64,000 nucleotides of DNA from Tubulanus polymorphus (Eukaryota > Animalia > Nemertea). Made by a program: the position numbers and the translations under genes. A model generated the notes under the pieces. The model was not told the origin of the DNA and did not search any database. It worked only from the letters and a program-made list of their open reading frames with translations. Where the stretch lies: the NCBI RefSeq assembly GCF_964204645.1, contig NC_134028.1, positions 8,246,001 to 8,310,000 on the forward strand, written 5' to 3'. Numbering within the stretch: the first letter of the stretch is position 1; every line of letters begins with the position of its first letter. Positions 1 through 13,570 of the stretch are shown here, piece by piece.

Positions 1-577
1 GTTCATCGTTTTTGTTTATAGTTCGATAGCTTTTCATTTCGCAATTTTCTCATGATCATTTACTAAATTTTAGATTTTATCGCAAGTGACACTAAATGTA
101 TGAAAAAACTATATGCATGCCTATTTTATTGAAAATCTTTATGGAGTCCAGGGCATACGACACTTACATTTCATTTTAGGATTATAGGACATGGCAAATA
201 TCTTTTCAGATGTTCCTGAGGTCTTTTTATTAATTACCTGGATGATGGACGTTTTTTTTCAAGAAAAATGGGAAAGGAAAACATTTGCGATAAATGATTT
301 GTAACAGCCGTTTTAGAATAAACATGAATTAAAAAAAATATATATAAAAATGGATTTTTTTATCACTCGAGTATCTTCCAAATCAATTTTTTTTTGAAAA
401 GTTGTCATGAAAACAGAAAAAGGATTAACAAAATAGTTTGAAAATAATTTGATGATATATGCAGAATTCCGGCAGGTGAGTCCGTACTCCAAGTAATTTA
501 AATAGTTCTAAAGGGCAATACACATCTAACATCTAAGAGCTGTGAAAAGAACATCAATTTGTAATGGAAACTTTTAC

Positions 578-949
578 CTCGGTTAGAGCTGATGAATAGA
601 TCGGGTTGAAAGTTCGATTGACGCAACTTAAATCCTCAGTTGAACAGAAACCTTCAGGAGAATTCGGCAGTGTTGAATTGACGCAAGAATTTTCGCACTC
701 GATACTAGCGCATTTCCATCCGGGATCAGCACATTCAAATATGAAATACATCACCGATAACGTACTGCTTAATTCTAACACATTAGCCATGATGAAAACC
801 AACAATTGATACAATCCTAAATCGCCTAACGTTTCAAACATTTCATCAAATTCCGAATTTTCTCCAGATTTGTCATCTGGGATGTCATCACCGTTGAAAA
901 ATGCCGTCTTTTCTTCAAGTTCCGTGTGATCATTTTTTTCGTCACCCAT
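578..949 (-). CDS. SLC22-family transporter copy A, coding exon 1 only (rest of gene lies beyond the left edge)
   Basis: MGDEKND...EFDEMFETLGDLGLYQ...CADPGWKC...C...NRTF...SALTE, the typical SLC22 N-terminus, TM1 and Cys-rich loop. Phase-0 donor GAG|GTAAAA after 578. Confidence 0.85.
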
Positions 950-1445
950 AGCTCTGCACTGTTTCTCTGGTTGAACAACAAATATCACTGAACCTCATTG
1001 ACATTCAGGCGGTTTAATCAAAACTTTTTTTGTCGTCAAGCTTAGTTTATGTCAATTATGATTTTCACGAATCAATGGATCTTTTGTGTTGAAATTATTC
1101 ATTACATTCACACATGTTAGGTCAAAAATTCATAAACCCGACGTGACGTTCGAATAAGACCTGTGAGGGTATATTCCGACGGTACATTCCGCAAAGGGTG
1201 TCTGCTTTAGTTTGTCGCAGTGCCGTGTTCTACGTTCTTCCTTTTCTCTAATTCGTGAAAAAATTACTTTTTAACCACAATTACTTTCATTATTATTCTT
1301 TATCATTTGTCATTATTCATCGCGCTACTTATGTTACTACTGTAATAATTCATGTAGTGTATTATGTACCGTATACTAGACCAAGATGTCTAGAAAGATA
1401 TCTTTGACTGTACCCAAACGTTGTTGGAAGTCATTCATTCAAATC

Positions 1446-1780
1446 TACGGAAGCGTCCTGGGGACATTCTATTAAAAAAAAATTTCGAGGTTAGTACAGT
1501 ATAGTTTATTTTGCATAATAGATTGATACAAAGATATGTAATTATACAATACGATACAGTATGAAAATATAATAACAATCAATCATTGTAGCAATAGATT
1601 ATGCGAGGAATGGGAAAAATCGCATTTAAATGACAAATCTAGTTAATTCCGAGTTGCAAACTCGAAATAAATCTCAAGAAATCACATTTAATTGAGAAAA
1701 CTAGTTTATTCAGAGTTACAAACTCGGAATTAATCTCGAAAATTTGTTTTTAATAGATATGTCCCCAGGACGCTTCCGTA
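1446..1780. mobile_element. MITE with ~20-bp TIRs, TA-flanked (Tc1/mariner-like)
   Basis: TACGGAAGCGTCCTGGGGACAT ... ATGTCCCCAGGACGCTTCCGTA is a perfect inverted repeat. Related ends occur at 5256-5480 and ~16240-16474. Confidence 0.85.
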
Positions 1781-2387
1781 CAAATCTGTCTTCGCAATTA
1801 TATTCAAGCTAGCACGTTGAATGAATGGCTTTCAATATATTTCTGGTATGGTCAAAGATTTCTTCCAAGAATGAACAGTTATCAAGTTAAGGTGACAAAA
1901 TACTACAAAATGTATCATTTTTGAAACATATTTCAAACGAGGTTTATAACACGTAATGCTAAGGAAAAAAATCATACCTTGAAATGTTTCTCATTTCTAA
2001 TGAGCTATAATAGTGACAAGTTTAAAGAAATCATTAAAGGTTGACCCGCCGGCCGCCAACGTATCTACCCAGTACATTACTTTTTAAAAATCATGATCAA
2101 GCTAGCCATAACATACCCGGCACTAATAGAAATGAACGACTACTTAGTTTTATTGCAGTTTTCAAACTGATCCAGCCGATTAGAAAAACAAGGTATCATT
2201 TTGCTTAAGCCTAATGGTAGACATGATGAGAACATGGGCAGTAAACGAGACGTACGTACCTTCTTTCAGCGATGCCACATTTTTCTTCCGTACAACGGTT
2301 ACTAAAGTCGCTAGCCAGAGCAAGCTAAATAGATCAAGAAATCACGTAAATAGCCACCACCGCGGTTTAAATTTAACTCTGGTTAAT

Positions 2388-2645
2388 GGGCATTGGTACT
2401 GCAATTGAATCTAACTGCAGATCTGGCTCTTGGAGGGCTTTTGGGTTAGAGGCCTAATACAACAGCTGTTTAGAAAAGATTCCAATTTCATCGTTAAAAT
2501 CCCGGGCATTAAACATATTAAACCATATCTGTCTGTAATCCGTGTGCACAATATCATCAGCTTAATTATATGCACGCAATTCGTTGGTCCTGAATTTAAA
2601 TTACTAGTAACAGCTTGAATGAAAGGCAAGCTGAATAATAATAAC
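2388..2645. repeat. Duplicated intergenic segment (paralog at ~9243-9490)
   Basis: GCATTGGTACTG(C/G)AATTGAATCTAACTGCAGATCTGGCTCT...CAGCTGTTTAGAAAAGATT...GCTGAATAATAATA is shared by both sites, downstream of SLC22 copies B and C. Confidence 0.8.
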
Positions 2646-5255
2646 TCGAGATCCCAAACGCTAGGGAAAAATACGATACATCATCAGCGATCTATCTTGA
2701 CTGTTATGAATGCACTTAATGATTTGAAATTGTGATTATTTTACGGAGTGTGACTGATATGTAAAAATCCAACACCCTTAACAGGAATCAACACGATATT
2801 GATTATTGTAAATAAACTTTATTAATGAACAATGCTATATCACCATTTTACTGCAGTTCTTTTGTATATATACAAATTCAAATCATTTATTGACTGCTTT
2901 ACGATTATGCGGATTCAAGACCTCCCGGATCGAATCCACCACTGCACTTCACGAACGGTTTTAATTTTTGATTTTTCTTACTGGGTAGATTCTCCGGTAA
3001 AGGCTTGTTCTTTGTTTCTGGTATCAAGAGAAAAGCCAGGATTCCGGATGAGAACGAAGCCGTTGCAAAAATTACGTACGGAATCGAACCGTGATAGACT
3101 GCCTGAAATGAGAAATGGATGATATCGCTCAGCCAGAATGACCCAATGGCGTCCAATTCGAGCAAAATATCGATTTTCATGTATATTAAGTTTTCATTTT
3201 ATTTACAAAATTTGCTAAATTGGGAAAGTGAGGCGATGAAAAAAAATTCAGAAAAAAATTCAAAAAGTGTCAGCAACTTCATCGCTTACCAATAGAGTGA
3301 TAAATGGAGCTATGATTGAGCCCAGTTTCATCCCCATAGTAAAAGAACCTGTTGCTATATTTCTGAAAGTTTCCCGAAACCAAAGTATCATTAGTTACGT
3401 ACTGTGAATTAAAAGTTCACGGCTTTGAAATTATTCTAATCGACGATTAAACGATGTAAATATCGAGTTTAATGAAAGTCTACCTCATTAAAGTGGGATA
3501 TAGTTCCCAGCAGCTCATTCGAGCCGCACACCAGCCTCCCGCCATCACTGATATTGACGCTAATGAAAAATAGGTAACGGCCATTGGATTATAGTGCGCC
3601 ACTCCGGTTACTTTCATAGCTAGTATCACTAGATGACAACATCCGGTAAGTGAAATGAACAGCACAAAACTCTTCACTCGTCCGATCCTATGGATAGAGA
3701 ACATTTTGAATGTCCACGCGTAAGGTAAAAAGGAACTAAGCTACGTTATCATTCGATAGGTTCGTTAAAAAGAGTCCATGGTTGCATCGACGAAATACAT
3801 ACCAGTTAATAATATAGATAGATAGAAGACCCATGACGAATGCTCCTATCCCGCCAACTGCCACGTTCAAATAGATATTTCCAGTAAGTGAACTTATTGA
3901 AGAGTTTATACCGTACCAGTCAATCGCTAACGTGAGCCTTTAACAAATCCAAAAATAAAATGTAAAAAAAAAGAAAATGAAGAATCTTTCTTGAAGGTTT
4001 TTTCGGATCCGCGTTTTCCAAAAATATTTGACAAAAATTTGGTGGCCTTACGATGCGTATAGTAGAACTATTGTCCATATTGACATCTTGCGGTTGTGGA
4101 ATAAATCTAAATAAGTGTACGGTACAATTCTTTCCTGTCGTTTATTCTCAGTTCTGGCCACGTTTTCTAAAAACTCTCGCAAGTCGGTTCTCGGCGACAG
4201 ACGATTAAACCACATGGCTTTTCGAATCCAGTATTCAGCCTCAACGAATCGTCGTTTTTCTACAAGCCACCTGGAGCTCTCAGGGAAGAAACTGGAAGAT
4301 AATTTTGTATATACCTACATCATACTTAACGCTCGCTGTAAGCTAGAATATATCTTTTGGTTCGGTTAACAATTCATCTAAACTTCAGCGGAATGCTATG
4401 AGCAAGGCGTCACATTTTTCGAGAACTTACAAATAATACAGAGGAAACAACGGAATGGTGATGAGCCCTACGGCCGTAGTTAAAGTCTGCCAATCTCTGC
4501 ATAGATATGCCAACAATGCTATGAACATGAGTGATATCTGCCAATTAAATCGCCAGGAAGCTATGATTCTCCATTTAGGACTCATCCATTTCAAACTTAG
4601 GACCGGGGATATGCAATGCAATGCACCTGTTCCAAAAAGAAAAAAAGTGAAATACTTATTTACTTTCCAAGAAATGGATTCGGGTTGTCTGCGCTTTTAA
4701 TGTTTCAGAGAAGTAATTTCACTTTTCAAACTACTTACCCGCAAAAATACCGGTTATTACTCGTATAACGCAGTAGACATTATAGTTGGGAGAAAACCTT
4801 AAACAAGTTTGAAAAATCGACGACAAAATCCACACTGTGAATAGCGACCATCTTCTTCCGAACGTATCAGAAACCTGACTTCCAGCGATCGACCCGACAG
4901 CCAAAGCGACGAAAAATATGCTGATGATAGTTTTCGCTTTCCAGAGCTCTCCACAAACAAGGCTCCACTAATAGAACAAAAATGATTTCATGGAATTTAG
5001 CGATTAGTTAAAATATGACCACTGCCACTATTTGTGATTCACCCCACCCCTCTCTTGAAAATGTATGGAGCCCCGGAGGTGAAGTGGTGAAAAATAATTT
5101 TCTTTCTTGAGCACGACATCTTTTTCGTTCCTACGAAAAGATTATTTCGTGTCCTCGAAAACATTTTGTTCTCACGATAAGATTATTTCGATCCCACGAA
5201 AAATACTTCGTTCGAGCGAAAAAGAGAAAATATATATGAAAAGAATACGTAAATA

Positions 5256-5480
5256 TAAGGAAGCGTCCTGGGGACATTTGTATTGTTCTTATTCTTTGCT
5301 GATTGAAAAATCATGAAATTAAATAAAAATTAGATTTTTTTATTAAATGTTATGATTTTTCGACCGGCGTTGATTTAATTCCGACTTTTCTCACGGAATT
5401 GAATAATTTTTAGATTAACTTGATGATTTTTCAATCAGCAAAATGTAAAAAAATCAATTATGTCCGCAGACCCTTTCGTA
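5256..5480. mobile_element. MITE with the same TIR as 1446-1780 (degenerate right end)
   Basis: TAAGGAAGCGTCCTGGGGACAT ... ATGTCCGCAGACCCTTTCGTA. Confidence 0.65.
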
Positions 5481-5791
5481 TAAATATGATATACATACCG
5501 CATGATATTGATTTTTCAACAACCAAAGGCTGTACTTTCTTGAAAATGGTTTTTAGCGTAAAACCGAAAATTCGGGTTCTTTATAAATTTTAATAGGTTC
5601 GATATTTTAAAAACATTTTCGATCTCGTGATTGTGGGATTAATATTTGATAATGATCTATTTTCTCCACAAAAAAATGTATGATTAACAGAATATATAAG
5701 ATGGTTGATTTACAATATGAAGAGGGACAACAAGCAAGCTTTACAAGCTGTCGAAGCTACAAGTGCTGAGGCGAGGTGCCCAGTGCAATGC

Positions 5792-5886
5792 TATGATAAT
5801 AATGATAATGATAATAATAATAATAATGATGATAATAATAATGATGATAATAATATTGATAATAATAATGATGACGACGACGACGA
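5792..5886. repeat. (AAT/GAT/GAC)n trinucleotide microsatellite
   Basis: Seen directly. It explains the spurious poly-N/D and poly-I ORFs here. Confidence 0.9.
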
Positions 5887-7973
5887 ATCATTTTACTCGT
5901 TTCTCGCGATTCATTGCGTACTTTTACCGCGTTAAAGGCTGTATGTGTAATTAATGATGATTTAATGAAGTTTAATCTTTTATTTACAGAGGAAGAAATG
6001 TTTCTTTAGGAATATTGGAGTCACATGATGCTTATCAGTTGTCGGTACCACTTGACTCCGACTCCTTGCGGACTTTGGGATGGTTTGGACAACGCGTTGT
6101 CCACGTCGATAAGAACTTTTTCGGAGCAGTACTTCCTGGACTGGTATTCATTCAACTCATTTATAAATATTCAGCTATGGTGTATAATACGAACAAAGCA
6201 CTATTATCTGAGCCGGATCCTTACAACTGTGGAGCTACACAGTGAAGTAGTTGACCACGATTGATATGGGTAGGCTTACGAAGACTTTTACCTCTGTGAG
6301 CGCTGATGTCAACGTCGGGTTGAAAGTTCGGTTGATACAAACTAAATCCTCAGTTGAACAGAATCCATCCGTCGAATTCGGTAGAGATAAATTGACGCAT
6401 GAATTTTTGCACTCAATACTAGCGCATTTCCATCATGGATCAGCGCATTCAAATACAAAATACATCACCGATAATGTAGCGCTTATTTCTAACACATTCG
6501 ACATGACGTAAACTAACAATTGATAAAAACCCAAATCGCCTAACGTCTCGAATATGTCATCAAATTCCGAATTTTGTCCGGATTTGTGTTTGTGGATTTC
6601 ATCACCGTTGATAAAAGTAGTTTCTTCTTCAAGTTCCATATTGTTTTCTACCCCGTCCTCCTGCCATTCAGTCCAAATTTAACGTAAACTTTGAATCTAT
6701 TCCACTTCTCAACCCACTAGTTCGATAGAATTATATGTATATAAGCCTACATACCTTTTAAAACCAGTTGTTATGTTAATTTTTAATCATAAAATCGACA
6801 ACATAATAGAGGTTTTAAAATAACGCCTTGAACTTCTCAACAAGTACCTTTATAAACACCTAAGGGCATGTTTTCGATTCTACGGGTCTAGACATTTGAG
6901 CAATAGCAAAGTACATAAATAGGTCTCGTCTCTGTATGTGTTTTTGGTAATAGATTATGTTGAACTGGACGTATCGGCCCCACTCCGCGCGGTGGCGCCA
7001 CCCCGCGGGATTTACGCGAAGCAGCAGAACACAAACACGGCCACTCTCTCAATTTTCAATGTTAGAAATCGTGTGTGCATTTCAATTATTTCGGCTGTTA
7101 GGGTTTTAAGGCACAATATAAGTTGATGATGTGATATGGCGATGTTAATTAATGATAATTCCGCAGTGAAGCTAGGTACGAACGGTGCCGATTGAGTGCA
7201 CAGCTGCCAAAAACACTGAAATGTGCGTAGTTGCGTAACTATTTGCAGTGAATTGCAGACGAAACATGAAGCCTTAACGGCCGTTTAAAAGAAAATTATA
7301 CCAATCGCAATTGTAAAATAAAAATGAGATAGAACCTAAGTTAAAATTCTGGCCATTTCTAAAATGTTATTACTAATTTTTAGTCAGTGCCGAACGTTTA
7401 GTTTTCCAACAATAATGAGGGGTGGTAGGTAGTCATGCAATTCAAGTCATCATTTATTACACGTTACTTCCGTGTTGTTGAAAATCTCGCGAGTCCTGGA
7501 CCAAACCCCATTGAACAATGTGATCTGTGTGCCGGCCACAAATGCACACAGATCACACTACACTACCCATTACACACTCCAGTACCCACAGCTTTCATAT
7601 ATCCATCCAAATATTTAGAGTGTCTTTCTTCCTGGATATCTGCTTGAAGTGTGAAGGCTAGCAACAATATCCATAGCTGGCATGCATGGCTGCATCCTTC
7701 TAGAGGGTTTGAGTGAGTTGCTTTTATTCGGGTCCACCGAATAGAACGAACTCCCGCTGGATAGTTTATCTTATTCGACATTTTTGACGAATCCGTTGGA
7801 AAAAATAGTTAAAGGTCGTTCAGTTAGTTGAAAGATGTATATGACTATAAGGGGCTAATATGACTGTGGGCCAATTCAGCTTCAACAGACTAGAGCGAAT
7901 TCGAAAAAATGTCAAGATTATTTCTATTTCAAGATGTGTGTCATCGCGTGAGCAAAATGTGAAAACAATTTAA

Positions 7974-9165
7974 CCCTATGTTAACCAATCACATTTCTAG
8001 TGGGCAAAAATTACTTGATTCATTTTCTGAACGTGTTCAGATACTAATAGTCCATAATTTTAGTTATTTTAATTGTTGCCTCTGTTTGACCTAGTTGTTA
8101 AAAATGTTGCAAATTTGCAACATTGGTAAAATATGAAAGTTTCCATAAACCTGACAAGGAAATGTTTACAGATGTATGCTTCTGATTTAAAGAACATAGT
8201 TTCTTCTAATAAAAACTTACAAAATATTGTGATTTAGTCTTCAAACATAGCACTGTGAACAAAAATTTCAGGCATAACCACCTGGGCATAGTCTACCCCT
8301 CTGGAGAATCTCGATATGGTCAGCCCATGATCTAAGAAATCATATCTAACATCATCATGTAATAGGTTTATAACAGACCTACGTTTATTCGTGGCTGGAG
8401 GGGATAATTGGGCTTCAAGACATGGGTGACCAACATGAGATTTCTTACCAGCATCGATCATGGCTTCAGCAACTGAAGCCCGATACCTCCTCATCATGAA
8501 ATCTTAAAAACAATTACTGTGAATGCAAGGATAAAAGGGCTCTTATCAATAGATATAGATTTGAAGGGGAGAACGTCAATTAAAAAGAATACATGTATTT
8601 GTAAAAATTTTATTTTACCCAGTCAACCAATGTTGTATTTTTGCACACCAAAATTCATGGACCAAATTACAGAATTCCAAATGTAAGAAACATTGAACTC
8701 AATAGATATATGCACTTTATAGAACGATAACCACACTCAAACGTGGTGAATGGATAATAAGATAAAACCCACTATCTACAGATTAAAAGAATTTAAAAAC
8801 AAGAATTTATTTATTCAATCTAAAATATATAGAATACACCACGTTTCAATCTCACCCTAGAGATCATCGTCAAGTGTATGCACTCTTTAGGCTTTATATT
8901 TCAATATTAACATCTGATCTTTTCAAGGAAACAACAAATTCTTGCTTATAATCGAGCAGAACTTGCCTTCAAAAATTTGACACACTTAGGTCATGGAGGC
9001 AGTGATTGTGCAATGCCGACCAGTGAAAGGTATTGTAAGGCGCTGCCATCACTTGGGGCTTAAAAGAACTACTTTTATGTTGCAACATTGGTAAATAATG
9101 GACAAATATTAATAATAAGGGTACCAACCGACCCCAAAAATGTTGTTGCAAATTCGCAACCCGGG
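7974..9165 (-). mobile_element. Degenerate piggyBac element with TTAA target-site duplication
   Basis: Bounded by TTAA|CCC (7970-7976) and GGG|TTAA (9163-9169). Minus-strand 8234-8497 encodes RRYRASVAEAMI...GHP...KRR...DDVRYDFLDH followed by a decayed Cys-rich tail, resembling the piggyBac transposase C-terminus. The paralogous segment has a single TTAA at 14004-14007. Confidence 0.7.
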
Positions 9166-10902
9166 TTAACCGTTTCAATGTAGGCGCGGGTGAACTGATA
9201 ACTTCATGAATCGAACCTGTATTTTTACTGTCTTTATATTAGCATTGGTACTGGAATTGAATCTAACTGCAGATCTGGCTCTAATAGAGCCGTTGCATTA
9301 GTGAACTAATAGAACAGCTGTTTAGAAAAGATTGCAATTTTTTCGTTAAAATACGACATTGAATATATTCAACCCTATCTGTTTGTAATCCATGTGCCAA
9401 ATATTATCAGTTTAACGATATGCACGCAGTTCGTTGGTCCTTGATTGAAACTACAACAGCTTAAATTAAAGGCACGCTGAATAATAATACGTAACTACGG
9501 AGCGGATAGAGGATTGTTGAAAGGGCTGGGATCACCCATATCTCGAGGGGCACCGTTCAGAAAAAGGGCACATTGGCGAGGATCTAAGAATCGATACCCG
9601 TTTGATAATCCGTAGCAATTTTAGACATTTTTTGCTACTTCAGTGAAATAGAATAGAATAGGCGCCACGCCAAAGCGATTTTCATTTTCTTTACACATTA
9701 TCCTTCAAATGGGCAACAATGACTGTAAATACAGTTAATGTGGTCGTCTATCAGAAAATTGCTAAACGCACTATAATGCAAAATTTTCTTGGCTGTCCTC
9801 TCTTTCTGAAGTTTTGACTGTAAACTCAGTCTCACCGAGATAGCTGGAAAGCTGCCTCCTTTTTTGGCTTCAGGATAGCAAGGTCAGTCTATCTGCGCGC
9901 AATGGCGACTGGAAAGTTGCCTCTTGACACCAGTCTCATTAAAAACTACCAAAAGCCCAATTGTGACACTGTAAATAAAACCCGAGCAAGACTGTATACA
10001 CGTAAACGTACAAACACATGTAATATTCACGTGCCTGTGCCGCTTCCTTACTGACGGTCTATCAACGCGCATAGCACTGTCCGTTTGATTGCGACTCATC
10101 CACCTAAATATGCACTGTATATTAGAAACACAAAACTGCTCCCTGTGTGCAACTTTTACTTTAAGGCGAACTCAGTATCAGATGTGAAGTACCAAATGCG
10201 CACCCTTTGACGGAGAAACCCATCCTCATCAGAGCTGCACCGTCGATGTCACACTTCGGATACCCCAGGACCATAATCTCATCTGGATAATTTGCGTTTC
10301 GAAATGTGCTTCCTTTCTATCTAGTCAACACGCGGGACAATCACTTAGAGGACTTTCTACATCAACATCTACCCGAGAAAAAACGACATTAACTATCGGA
10401 CTATTTACACGTAGAAAACGACCAAAAAAATATAAAAAATGGACAAAATGATCTTCAACCTTGTAATATAGCTATTTCCAAAATTTCGATGTATTAAATT
10501 AGGCAGCCAAAAATAACCCCAATCAGTCGCTTGCCAGTTCAGACTGGTTGGAAGATTGTTTGAATGAACCGAAACCGAATTTCCCAATTATGTACTCCGA
10601 TTAAAACAAAAAATTATGTTAACTCGACCGCCGATCAAACAACTATAGCTGTGCTTCGATTTCCGATTTCAAAATCAAACCCCCTGTTTCGCTCCCGGCA
10701 GGTGTGGTGGGTTTGCAAGGGACACTCAATCAAAAAATTCAAACGAAATTTACCAACCAAATAAATAACAGGGTCAATCCCCTATTTTAAGATCAAAGAA
10801 AAAAAATAAAAAACATATATGTATATCAGATTTACAGTGCCTAAAAACTTGCATCATGAGAAAAAAAATGCCATTTTCAATAGCACTCGAACCAATTTAC
10901 GA

Positions 10903-13570
10903 TTATGTGCATTCAAGACCTTCCTGATTGAAGCCACGACTGTCACTGCACTTCGCGAACGGTTTTGTCTTTTGATTATTTCTACTGGGTAGACCGTCCG
11001 GTAAAGGCTTGTTCTTTGTTTCTGGTATTGAAAGAAAAGCCAGGATTCCGGATGAGAACGAAGCCGTCGCAAAAATTACGTACGGAATCGAACCGTGAAA
11101 TGTGGCCTGAAATGAGAAATGGATGATATCACTCAGCCAGAATGACCCAATGGCGTCCAATTCGAGCAAAATGTCGATTTTCAATTATGTTAAGTTTTCA
11201 TTCTATTTACAAAATGCGCAAAACAAAGGGAAAATTATTGCGATGAAACTGAATTATTTAATTATCGAGAGTAAGAAACGTGTCAGCAACTTCATCACTT
11301 ACCAATAGAATGATAAATGGCGATATAATTGAGCCCAGTTTCGTCCCCATACTAACACAACCTGTAGCTATATTTCTGAAAGTTTTCCAAAACCGAAGAT
11401 CGATTAGTTACGTACCGTGATTTAATGATCTTGTCAAGCGAAGCTATAAATCCTCGGCGTTGAAATTATTCTAATCGATGATTATAACGATGTAGATATA
11501 AAGTTTAATGAAAATCTACCTCATTAAAGTGGGATATAGTTCCCAGCAGCTTATTCGAGCCGCACACCAGCCTCCTGTCATCAATGATATTGATGCTAAC
11601 GAAAAATAGGTAACGACCATTGGATTATTGTGCGCCACATCGGTTACTTTCATAGCTAATATCACTATAAGGCAACATCCAGTCAGTGAAATGAATAACA
11701 CGTAACTCTTCACTCGACCGACCCTATAGATAGAGAAAATTGTGAATGTCCATGTGCTGCAAGTACTAAAGGAACAAGGTACGTTGTCATTGGATCGGTC
11801 CCATCGACAAATACATACCAGTTAATTACATAGATTGATAGGAGTCCTATGACGAATGCCCCGATACCGCTAACAGCTACATTCGAATAGATATTTCCAG
11901 TAAGTGAACTTATTGATGAGTTTATACCGTACCAGCTAATCGCTAAGGTGAACCTTAAAGGAACATTTTGGAGAAAATATAAAAAATGAGGAATCTTTCT
12001 TGAAGGTTTTTCAGATCCGTGTTTTCCAAAAATATCTGTCAAAACAAAACATTTTAGTAGCCTTACGTTTCGTATATAAGAACGATTGTCCATATTGACA
12101 TCTTGCGGTTATGGAATAAATCTAAATAAGTGTACGGTACAGTTCTTTCCTGTCGTTTATTTTCAGTTCTGGCCACGTTTTCTAAAAACTCTCGCAAGTC
12201 GGTTCTCGGGGACAGTCGATTGAACCACATGGCTTTTCGAATCCAGTATTCAGCCTTTTCGAAACGTCCTTTTTGTACAAGCCACCTGGAACTCTCAGGG
12301 AAGAAACTGGAAGATAATTTTGTATACGCCTATATCATACTGGATGCTCGCGTGGTAACCTAGAATTTATATTTTCATTAGGTTCATCATCCAGCTGAAA
12401 ACCAGCGGAATGTTATGGGAAAGGCCACTACGTCTTTAACTTACAAATAATACAGAGGAAACAACGGAATGGTGATAAGTCCTACGGCCGTAGTTAAAGT
12501 CTGCCAATCTCTGCATAGATATGCCAACAATGCTATGAACATGAGTGATGTCTGCCAACTAAATCTCCAGGAAGCTATAATTCTCCATTTAGGACTCATC
12601 CATTCCAAACTTAGGACCGGAGATATGCAATCCAATGCACCTGTTCCAAGAAAGAAACCAAAAAGTGTGATACTCATTTCCTTTGTGAGAAATGAATTTG
12701 GATTGTCTGTGCTTTCAATGTTTCGGAGAAGTAATTTCATTTTCAAACTGCTTACCTGCAAAAATACCGGTTATAACTCGTATAACGCAGTAGACATAAT
12801 AGTTGGGAGCAAACCTTAAACAAGTTTGAAAAATTGACAACATAATCCACACTATGAATAGCGACCACCTTCTTCCGAACGTATCAGAAACTTGACCTCC
12901 AATGATTGCTCCGACGCCCACAGCAGCAAAAAATATACTGATGATAGTTTTCGCTTTCCAGAGGTTTCTGCATACAAGGTTCCACTAAAAGAACAAAAAT
13001 TATTTCATCGAATTAATTTACCACTGCCATTATTCATAATTCACCCCACTCTTGGGAAGGTACGGAGCCCCGGAGGTGAAACGGCGAAAAATGACATTTT
13101 TCGTTCGAACGAAACACATTTAGTTCCCACGAAAAGATCGTGGCTCCAACTATGGAACTACAGAGTGATAGACTAATGAATAGGCTAACGGAAAACTCTA
13201 CCTCTGTGAGTGCTGATGTCAACGTCGGGTTGAAAGTTCGGTTGATACAAACTAAATCCTCGGTTGAACAGAATCCATCAGTAGAATTCGGTAGTGATAA
13301 ATTGACGCATGAATTTTCGCACTCGATACTCGCACATTTCCATCCGGGATCAGCGCATTCAAATACAAAATACATCACCGATAATGTAGCGCTTATTTCT
13401 AACACATTTGACATGACGTAAACCCACAATTGATAAAACCCCAAATCGCCTAACGTCTCGAATATGTCATCAAATTCCGAGTTTTGCCCGGATTTGTGTT
13501 TTCGGATCTTATCACGGGTGATAAAAGTAGTTTCTTCTTCAAGTTCCAGGTTATACTCTACGCCGTCCAT
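10903..13570 (-). CDS. SLC22-family organic ion transporter copy C (8 coding exons, apparently intact)
   Basis: Exon 1 is 13202-13570. Further exons at ~12757-12985, 12445-12640, 12067-12306, 11819-11953, 11520-11723, 11303-11375 and 10903-11106 match the exon set of copy B. No stop seen. Confidence 0.85.

Larger units (their letters stand above)
2905..6639 (-). pseudogene. SLC22 transporter copy B; complete 8-exon structure with a premature TGA in exon 1
   Basis: Exons 6292-6639, 4739-4967, 4431-4626, 4052-4291, 3803-3937, 3484-3687, 3290-3362 and 2905-3102 have GT-AG boundaries and sum to 1623 nt in frame. Motifs: SDTFGRR, PESSRWL, ELYPTLMRN, PETKNKPLP. The codon at 6433-6435 is TGA where paralogs have GGA (ADPGWKC). 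Confidence 0.8.

Noticed and set aside
5705-5954. Poly-Asn/Asp and poly-Ile ORFs
   Set aside because: Translations of the (AAT/GAT)n microsatellite.
5990-6245. Exon-like plus-strand stretch after TTACAG in copy B intron 1
   Set aside because: Contains a stop, has no recognisable domain and no partner exons.
6433-6435. Selenocysteine reading of the in-frame TGA
   Set aside because: Paralogs have Gly rather than Cys, and no SECIS was recognised.
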